Shown piece after piece: positions 52,995-64,000 of a stretch of DNA of 64,000 bases. Position 1 is the first letter of the stretch; each line of letters opens with the position of its first letter. The position numbers and the translations under genes are program-made. The stretch is from Gammaproteobacteria bacterium (GTDB lineage: Bacteria > Pseudomonadota > Gammaproteobacteria > Steroidobacterales > Foliamicaceae): NCBI GenBank assembly GCA_009838035.1, contig VXSK01000023.1, forward strand, positions 74,581 through 138,580, given 5' to 3'. The notes below the pieces were generated by a model. That model was not told the DNA's origin, did no database searches, and saw nothing but the letters and a program-made list of their open reading frames with translations.

Positions 52995-54497
52995 TTAGGG
53001 GAGTTCGGTGGAGCCCATGAGGTGGCGGTCGATCTCGCGGGCTGCTTCGCGGCCTTCATTGATGGCGTTCACGATCAGTGACTGGCCCCGGCGGCAGTCG
53101 CCGGCCGCAAACACGTTTTCGACGTTGGTTCGGTACAGTCCATAGTCGGCCCGATAGTTGCCCCGTTCGTCGTAGGCCAGGTCCAGCGCGTCGGAGACCG
53201 CGTGCTCCGGGCGCAGGAAACCCATGGCCAGGAGCACGAGGTCGGCCGGCCACTCGCGTTCGCTGCCGGGCACGTTTTCGAACTTGCCGTCCTTTAATTG
53301 GACGTCCATAGTGCGAATACCGGCAACTCGGCGTCCATTTTTCCCGATTCCGTTGGCGCCGGACGCACTCCCCTCCCTGCGCGCAGTAAATTCCGTTGAC
53401 GAAATCAGGTAAACGCGCGGGTCCTTGCCGAATAGGGTCGCGGACTCCTCGTGGCCGTACTCGGTGCGGAAAATCACCGGCCAGGTGGGCCAGGGATTGT
53501 GCGGCGCCCGCGTGGCCGGCGGCTGCGGGAACAGCTCGAAGTTGACCAGGCTCCTGCAGCCGTGGCGCAGCGCCGTGCCGATGCAGTCGGTTCCGGTGTC
53601 GCCACCGCCGATCACGATCACGTCCTTGTCCTTCGCGGAAATGTAGTTGCCGTCGGCGAGATTGGAATCGAGCAGGCTGCGCGTGTTCTGCGTCAGAAAA
53701 TCCATCGCGAAGTGCACGCCTTCGAGGTCGCGCCCCGGTATCGGCAGGTCGCGCGGAACGGTCGCCCCGGTCGCGAGCAGCACGGCGTCGTATTCCTCCG
53801 CCAGTTCGCGCACGTCGATGGAGCCGCCGCTGCCGTCGCCGACGTCCGCGTTGACTTGAAACTCCACGCCCTCCTCGCGCATGAGGTCCAGTCGCCGCTC
53901 GACTATTTCCACCTTGTCCAGCTTCATGTTCGGGATGCCGTAGGTCAGCAGGCCGCCGATGCGGTCGGCGCGCTCATAGATGACGGCGACGTGGCCGGCC
54001 CGGTTCAACTGCTGCGCTGCGGCAAGCCCGGCGGGCCCGGAGCCGATCACCGCAACGCGCCGTCCGGTGCGGAAAGACGGAGGCTCGGCGACGATCCAGC
54101 CCTCCTCGAATCCCCGGTCGGCGATCGCCATCTCGATGTCCTTGATCGTGACCGCGGGGTCGGTGATGCCCAGCACGCAGGCGCCTTCGCAGGGCGCCGG
54201 GCATACGCGGCCGGTGAATTCCGGAAAATTGTTGGTCTTGTGCAGTCGGTCCAGTGCTTCCCGCCACTGGTCCCGATAGATGAGGTCGTTCCACTCCGGG
54301 ATCAGGTTGTGGATCGGGCAGCCGTCGTCCGACTGGCAGAACGGCACTCCGCAATCCATGCAACGCGCGCCCTGCCGCGCGAGGTGCGCGGCGTCGGGCC
54401 CGGTGTAGATCTCCCGGAAATCGCGCAGGCGCTCGTTCGCGTCGCGATACGGCGCGGACGCGCGCGCGTACTCCATGAACCCCGTCGTCTTGCCCAT
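52995..54497 (-). CDS. gltD: glutamate synthase small subunit
   Basis: Start at [10 protein letters not shown] (54497). Cys clusters CMDCGVPFC and [21 protein letters not shown] motif. Confidence 0.9.
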   Translation of the reverse strand: MGKTTGFMEYARASAPYRDANERLRDFREIYTGPDAAHLARQGARCMDCGVPFCQSDDGCPIHNLIPEWNDLIYRDQWREALDRLHKTNNFPEFTGRVCPAPCEGACVLGITDPAVTIKDIEMAIADRGFEEGWIVAEPPSFRTGRRVAVIGSGPAGLAAAQQLNRAGHVAVIYERADRIGGLLTYGIPNMKLDKVEIVERRLDLMREEGVEFQVNADVGDGSGGSIDVRELAEEYDAVLLATGATVPRDLPIPGRDLEGVHFAMDFLTQNTRSLLDSNLADGNYISAKDKDVIVIGGGDTGTDCIGTALRHGCRSLVNFELFPQPPATRAPHNPWPTWPVIFRTEYGHEESATLFGKDPRVYLISSTEFTARREGSASGANGIGKNGRRVAGIRTMDVQLKDGKFENVPGSEREWPADLVLLAMGFLRPEHAVSDALDLAYDERGNYRADYGLYRTNVENVFAAGDCRRGQSLIVNAINEGREAAREIDRHLMGSTELP

Positions 54498-54516
54498 CGC
54501 GCTTGTGCTCAGGCTG

Positions 54517-59112
<4,596 letters not shown>

Positions 59113-59318
59113 GGGCCGATACTCAAACCGTGTGCAGCGCCGCCATCGTTGCGCCGGCCGTCCTGCCGGCGCGGGAAATTCAGTTGGTGGCTTGAAACGC
59201 GAGCAAACCGGCGCTTCGTGCTGAAACGCCAACCGCCTAGCTTCCCAAAAAGCGCCGGATAAATCAAGTTTCGCACGCGCGTTGTGTGGCAATATCACCC
59301 TTTGAAGGAGAGGATGAA

Positions 59319-59609
59319 ATGGCTGAATTACTTTCGACGGAAGAGGTGGCGGAGCGGCTTGGCGGTCTGCCGGGCTGGGGTCTGGACGGGGGCAAGTTGC
59401 ACCGGTCGTTCCGCTTTGCGGACTTCCGGAGGGCATTCGCTTTCATGACCGGCGCGGCGCTGGCGGCCGAAAAGCTCAACCATCATCCCGAGTGGTTCAA
59501 CGTCTGGTCGAAGGTGGACGTGCATCTGAACACGCACGAGGCCGGCGGAATCACCGAACTCGACTTTCAACTGGCTGAGGCCATGAACGAACTGGCCGAC
59601 GCGCAGTGA
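59319..59609 (+). CDS. phhB: pterin-4a-carbinolamine dehydratase
   Basis: ATG at 59319 with RBS GAAGGAGAGG. NHHPEW motif. 96 aa. Confidence 0.85.
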   Translation: MAELLSTEEVAERLGGLPGWGLDGGKLHRSFRFADFRRAFAFMTGAALAAEKLNHHPEWFNVWSKVDVHLNTHEAGGITELDFQLAEAMNELADAQ

Positions 59610-61258
59610 AAGCCGTTTACGAACGCGGGGCAGGGTCGCCGTTCGCCTCGCGTTCCGAAGCCTTCAGTACCCGCGGCATGGTCGCGACCAGCCAGGTGTT
59701 CGCCACCCAGGCCGGGCTCGACATACTGCGCTCCGGCGGCAACGCCGTCGATGCGGCGATCGCCGCGAACGCGGTGCTGGGCCTTACCGAACCGACCGGC
59801 TGCGGCATCGGCGGCGACCTGTTCGCGATGGTCTGGGAGCCGGACAAGGACGCACCCGTAGGCCTGAATGCTAGCGGCCGCGCGCCGCGCTCGCTGAACC
59901 TCGACGTGTTCCGCCAGCTCTCCCTGGATTCGATCCCCTCCCTCGGACCGCTGCCGGTTTCAACCCCCGGCGCCGTGGACGGCTGGTTCGAGCTGCATGG
60001 GCGCTACGGCTCGCTGGACTTCGGCGAGCTGCTGGCGCCAGCCATCGAACTGGCCCGGGAAGGGTTTCCGGTAGGCCAGTTGACGGCGTCCGCCTGGGCC
60101 CGCAACGCCCGTTCCCTGCGCGAGTTCCCGGGGTTCGCCGATTGCTTCATGCCGGACGGCGAGGCGCCGGCCAAGGGCCAGGTCTTCGCCAATCCGCGTC
60201 TGGCAAAAACCTACGAAACGCTGGCGTCGGACGGCAGGGAGGCCTTCTATCGCGGCGAGATCGCCTGGAAGATCGCCGCCTACATGCGCGAGAACGGCGG
60301 CTACCTCGACGAGTCGGACCTGGCCTCGCACGCTTCCGAATGGATCAGGCCGGTATCCTCCGGCTACCGCGGAAACGACGTCTACGCCCTGCCCCCCAAC
60401 ACGCAGGGCATCGCGACGCTTCAGATCCTCAACCTGCTGGAGCAGCACGACATCCGGCCGCTGGGGTTCGGCTCGGCGAAATACATGCATCTGCTCATCG
60501 AGGCCAAGAAGCTGGCTTTCGAGGACCGCGCGCGCTACTACGCGGACCCCGCCTTCGTGGCGACTCCGACCGAAGAGCTGATTTCCAAGGAATACGCGCT
60601 GGAGAGAGGCAGGCTGATCGATCCCGAGCGGGCCACCACCGCGGTCGTCCACGGCGACCCGAGGCTGGATTCGCCGCAGACTGTCTACCTGGCGGTCGGC
60701 GACCGCAACGGCCTGCTGGTCTCGCTGATCCAGTCCAACTACCGCGGCATGGGATCGGGCATGACGCCGGGCGACCTGGGCTTCGTGCTGCACAACCGCG
60801 GTGAATTGTTCAACCTCGATCCCGACCACCCGAACGCGCTGGTCCCGGGCAAGCGCCCGTTTCACACCATCATCCCGGGACTTGCGCGCTTCGCCGGCGG
60901 CGAGCGTCTCGCGTTCGGGGTCATGGGCGGCTCGATGCAACCGCAGGCGCAGGCGCAGGTCATCGCCAACGTGGTCGATTTCGACATGGACCTGCAGGCG
61001 GCCGGCGACGCTCCGCGCGTCTTCCACAGCGGCTCCAGCCAGCCCACCGGCGAGGCGGCGCAGGAGGACGGCGGCAGGCTCGCGCTGGAACCGGGCTTCG
61101 GAGAGGCGGTGCGCAAGGAACTGACCGGCATGGGTCACGTCATGGGACGGGCGCGCGGCGTGTTCGGCGGTTACCAGGCCGTCATGCACGATGCGCGCAG
61201 CGGCGTGCTGACCGGCGCCTCGGATCCGCGCAAGGACGGCCAGGCCGCGGGGCTGTAG
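59606..61258 (+). CDS. ggt: gamma-glutamyltransferase
   Basis: 550-aa ORF with GGT-family resemblance throughout (GGNAVDAAIA, PPNTQG, GGSMQPQ). 4-nt overlap with phhB. Confidence 0.9.
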   Translation: MKAVYERGAGSPFASRSEAFSTRGMVATSQVFATQAGLDILRSGGNAVDAAIAANAVLGLTEPTGCGIGGDLFAMVWEPDKDAPVGLNASGRAPRSLNLDVFRQLSLDSIPSLGPLPVSTPGAVDGWFELHGRYGSLDFGELLAPAIELAREGFPVGQLTASAWARNARSLREFPGFADCFMPDGEAPAKGQVFANPRLAKTYETLASDGREAFYRGEIAWKIAAYMRENGGYLDESDLASHASEWIRPVSSGYRGNDVYALPPNTQGIATLQILNLLEQHDIRPLGFGSAKYMHLLIEAKKLAFEDRARYYADPAFVATPTEELISKEYALERGRLIDPERATTAVVHGDPRLDSPQTVYLAVGDRNGLLVSLIQSNYRGMGSGMTPGDLGFVLHNRGELFNLDPDHPNALVPGKRPFHTIIPGLARFAGGERLAFGVMGGSMQPQAQAQVIANVVDFDMDLQAAGDAPRVFHSGSSQPTGEAAQEDGGRLALEPGFGEAVRKELTGMGHVMGRARGVFGGYQAVMHDARSGVLTGASDPRKDGQAAGL

Positions 61259-61302
61259 CAGCCCGTGGCGGAAGGCCCGGCTGCTGCTAGCATGTGCGCG
61301 CT

Positions 61303-62325
61303 ATGAACGGCAAGAACCTCGTTACGCTCACCGGGATTACCACGACCGGCACGCCGCATCTCGGCAACTACGTGGGCGCCATCCGCCCGGCGGTGGAGGC
61401 GAGCCGCAGCGCGCCCGCCGGCTGCAGCTTCTTCTTCCTGGCCGACTTCCATGCGCTGGTCAAGAACCGCGACGCCGACGAAGTGGCGCAGTCCAGCCTG
61501 GAAGTGGCCGCCGCCTGGCTGGCGGCGGGCCTGGACACCGAAAACGCCGTGTTCTACCGGCAGTCCGACATCCCCGAAATCCCGGAACTGACCTGGGTCC
61601 TCACGACGCTCACGGCCAAGGGACTGATGAACCGCTCGCACGCCTACAAGGCGGCGAACGACGCCAACCGCGAGGCCGGCGTGGCCGACCTGGACCGCGG
61701 GGTCACGATGGGCCTGTTCTGCTACCCCATCCTGATGGCCGCCGACATCCTGATGTTCAAGGCCGACCGCGTGCCGGTGGGCAAGGACCAGCGCCAGCAC
61801 GTGGAAATGGCCCGCGACATCGCCCAGCGCTTCAACCATCACTACGGCGAACTGCTGACCGTGCCGGAAGCGGACATCGACGAGCACCGCGCGGTGCTGC
61901 TGGGGCCGGACGGGCGCAAGATGTCGAAGAGCTACGGCAACGTGGTGCCGCTGTTCTGTCCCGCGAAACAATTGCGTAAATACATCATGCGGGTGAGGAC
62001 CAACTCGCAGGCGCCCGGCGAGCCCAAGGACCCGGACGAGAGCCTGTTGTTCGACCTGTACCGCTCGGTGGCGAGTCCGGAAGAAACGGCCGCGATGCGC
62101 GAGCGCTACGCGGCGGGCATCGGCTGGGCGGAGATGAAGAACGAACTGTTCGAATACCTCGACGCGCTGCTGGCGCCGGGACGGGAGGTATATGACCGCC
62201 TGATCGCCAATCCGGGCGACGTCGAGGCCGAACTGAAGCACGGCGCCGAACGGGCCCGCGAGATCAGCGAACCGCTGATGAGGGACATCCGCCACGCGGT
62301 CGGACTGCGCGCGCTTAAAGCCTGA
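61303..62325 (+). CDS. trpS: tryptophan--tRNA ligase
   Basis: Start taken at the ATG at 61303 (MNGKNLVTLTG). GTPHLGNY (HIGH-type) and KMSKSYGN motifs. Confidence 0.9.
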   Translation: MNGKNLVTLTGITTTGTPHLGNYVGAIRPAVEASRSAPAGCSFFFLADFHALVKNRDADEVAQSSLEVAAAWLAAGLDTENAVFYRQSDIPEIPELTWVLTTLTAKGLMNRSHAYKAANDANREAGVADLDRGVTMGLFCYPILMAADILMFKADRVPVGKDQRQHVEMARDIAQRFNHHYGELLTVPEADIDEHRAVLLGPDGRKMSKSYGNVVPLFCPAKQLRKYIMRVRTNSQAPGEPKDPDESLLFDLYRSVASPEETAAMRERYAAGIGWAEMKNELFEYLDALLAPGREVYDRLIANPGDVEAELKHGAERAREISEPLMRDIRHAVGLRALKA

Positions 62326-62377
62326 GGGCGCGAATATTGGTTAACATACGCGGCCTGAATAACTCGGGGAAACATCC

Positions 62378-63169
62378 ATGCGTACGTTCATATCGCTGCC
62401 TGCCGCCGTTGCGGCCTCCCTGCTGATCGCCGTGTCCGGACAGGTGGCGCCGGTTCAAGCCGAAGAAGCGGCCGCGGAGGGAGACATGAAACCCCTGGTC
62501 CTGGTGGCGGGAGCCACGGGCAAGACGGGGGTGCTGGTCGTGCAGCAACTCAAGGCGAAGGGCTACCCGGTGCGCGCCTTCGTGCGCAACGCGCAAAAGG
62601 CCGCCGATCGTCTGGGACCCGATATCGAGGCCGTTGTCGGCGACTTGAGGGACCCGGCCAGCATCGCGGCCACGCTGGATGGCGTGAACGTGGTCGTCAA
62701 CGCGGCGGGTTCCGGAGTCCCGGCGCCGGACGACAACATGCCGGAGCACGTCGATTTCGAAGGCGCCCGCAATCTTGCCGACGCTGCGGCGGCGGCCGGC
62801 GTCGGCCACTATGTCCTGATCTCCTCGATGGGCGCGACGCAGGACGACCACCAGTTGAACCGCCTGTTCAACAACATCCTGATCTGGAAGCGCAAGGGCG
62901 AGGAAGCGGTCGCGGCCAGCGGCATCCCCTACACCATCATTCGACCGGGCGGCCTGAACGACGGACCCGGCAACGAGCAAACGGTCATCTTCGAACAGGG
63001 TGACCTTCCGGGCCTGGAAAAGGCCATCAGCCGCGCCGACGTGGCGCGAGTCACCGTCGCCGCGGTCAAGGACGATGGAGCGCGCAACAAGGTGTTTGAA
63101 ATCTACGCGCGCGACGGCGAACCGCAGACAGGCTTTTCCGGCGAATTCGGCGCACTTGGAGGATCCTGA
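62378..63169 (+). CDS. exported NAD(P)-binding atypical SDR (NmrA/PF13460-like), paralog 1
   Basis: Signal peptide MRTFISLPAAVAASLLIAVSGQVAPVQA, then the Rossmann motif LVLVAGATGKTG. Confidence 0.75.
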   Translation: MRTFISLPAAVAASLLIAVSGQVAPVQAEEAAAEGDMKPLVLVAGATGKTGVLVVQQLKAKGYPVRAFVRNAQKAADRLGPDIEAVVGDLRDPASIAATLDGVNVVVNAAGSGVPAPDDNMPEHVDFEGARNLADAAAAAGVGHYVLISSMGATQDDHQLNRLFNNILIWKRKGEEAVAASGIPYTIIRPGGLNDGPGNEQTVIFEQGDLPGLEKAISRADVARVTVAAVKDDGARNKVFEIYARDGEPQTGFSGEFGALGGS

Positions 63170-63171
63170 CC

Positions 63172-63969
63172 ATGCGTCCCTTCAAACTGATCGGTTTTCT
63201 GGCGGCGGCCTCCCTCGTCGCGGCCGCCTGCGGACAGAGCGGCGACGCGCCTGCCGAGGAGCCCGCGGCCCAGGACCTGGAGCCATCCAAGCCCCTGGTG
63301 CTGGTGGCCGGCGCCACCGGCGGGACCGGCTCGCTGGTCGTCGCCGAACTCATCGAGCAGGGCTACCCGGTGCGCGCCTTCGTGCGCAGCACGGCCAAGG
63401 CCGTCGAACGCCTGGGCGCGGACGTGGAAGCGGTGGTGGGCGATCTCAAGGACCCGGCCAGCATCGCCGCCGCGCTGGACGGCGTCGGGGCGGTGATCAA
63501 CACGGCCAGCGCCAGCGCCAGCGGAGGGCCCGAGAACTCCGCGGAGCACGTCGATTTCGAGGGCGCCCGCAACCTTGCCGAAGCGGCGCTGGCGGCGGGA
63601 GTCGGCCAGTACGTGCTGGTTTCGTCGCGGGGCGTAACCGACGACGATCACTACCTGAACCGGATGTTCAACAACATCCTGATCTGGAAGCGCAGGGGCG
63701 AGGAAGCCGTCGCGGCCAGCGGGATTCCCTACACGATCGTTCGGCCGGGGGGCTTGAGCGACGATCCCGGCGGCATGCAGACCGTCATCTTCGAGCAGGG
63801 CGATACCCAGTCGGAGGGCATCTGGATCACGCGCGCCGACGTGGCACGGATCTGCGTGGCGGCGCTGGCGGACGAAGCGGCGCTCAACAAGGTGTTCGAG
63901 ATTCACGCCGAGGACGGGGAGCCGCAAGCGGACTTTGCCGCGGAATTCGCATCGTTGAGCGCATCCTGA
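63172..63969 (+). CDS. exported (possibly lipoprotein) NAD(P)-binding atypical SDR, paralog 2
   Basis: Signal peptide with Cys (FLAAASLVAAACGQ), then LVLVAGATGGTG. Collinear with paralog 1 (shared EHVDFEGARNLA, NNILIWKR.GEEAVAASGIPYTI.RPGGL). Confidence 0.75.
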   Translation: MRPFKLIGFLAAASLVAAACGQSGDAPAEEPAAQDLEPSKPLVLVAGATGGTGSLVVAELIEQGYPVRAFVRSTAKAVERLGADVEAVVGDLKDPASIAAALDGVGAVINTASASASGGPENSAEHVDFEGARNLAEAALAAGVGQYVLVSSRGVTDDDHYLNRMFNNILIWKRRGEEAVAASGIPYTIVRPGGLSDDPGGMQTVIFEQGDTQSEGIWITRADVARICVAALADEAALNKVFEIHAEDGEPQADFAAEFASLSAS

Positions 63970-64000
63970 CGCCGGCGAATCGGCCTTTCAACTGACGAGG

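Noticed and set aside
52896-53081. 61-codon ORF (MNPSMGLGGGYPAADAPQRRGSGKNGG...) downstream of the HMG-CoA lyase gene.
   Set aside because: It runs through the core and right arm of hairpin repeat D and into the antisense of the gltD 3' end. It is most simply a by-product of the palindrome.
59113-59436. N-terminal extensions in the ORF track: gltB to 59436, lptE to 17369, nadD to 12606, the nit hydrolase to 7533, the NmrA-like gene to 33790 and the tauD-like gene to 37127.
   Set aside because: The extensions overlap neighbouring genes or repeat elements and lack family similarity. Internal starts give N-termini that match the families and produce the 4-nt overlaps typical of this region.

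Overview
GC-rich chromosomal segment whose gene content and synteny look gammaproteobacterial (Pseudomonas-like yhdP-nit-tldD; E. coli-like leuS-lptE...holA-nadD-rsfS). I call about 58 protein genes, one tRNA (anticodon CAT), one tRNA-like element and four copies of an unusual hairpin repeat. Layout: (1) 0.2-19.4 kb is housekeeping: an amidohydrolase, folC and a secreted redoxin, then a 15-gene minus-strand block from leuS to pmbA with almost no intergenic space. (2) 19.7-30.6 kb is accessory: a two-subunit acyl-CoA dehydrogenase with a ferredoxin, a TonB-dependent receptor, an operon of binding protein, HAMP membrane protein and OFA-type MFS transporter, a TPR protein, and a membrane-anchored glutamate-synthase-like FMN protein. 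(3) tRNA(CAT) at 30.6 kb is followed by a divergent FlhD-like/FlhC-like pair. (4) 32-52.9 kb is a cluster of about 20 catabolic genes (hydrolases, oxygenases, CoA ligase, HMG-CoA lyase, transporters). It includes a Tat-signal ThDP enzyme translationally coupled to a cytochrome c, and a Tat-signal VOC protein. (5) 53-64 kb holds gltBD, phhB, ggt, trpS and two tandem exported NAD(P)-binding SDR-like paralogs. I see no CRISPR array, integrase, transposase, prophage, toxin-antitoxin or recognisable defence genes. The best candidates for something undescribed are: (a) the ~100-nt hairpin family with a conserved ~50-nt core and copy-specific, perfectly complementary 24-31 bp arms (19407, 19545, 37061, 52855); (b) the Tat-exported ThDP enzyme plus cytochrome c pair; (c) the orphan divergent FlhD/FlhC-like pair beside a regulator-less catabolic cluster. 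All functions are inferred by eye from motifs and family resemblance, with no database search, so treat the family names as hypotheses.
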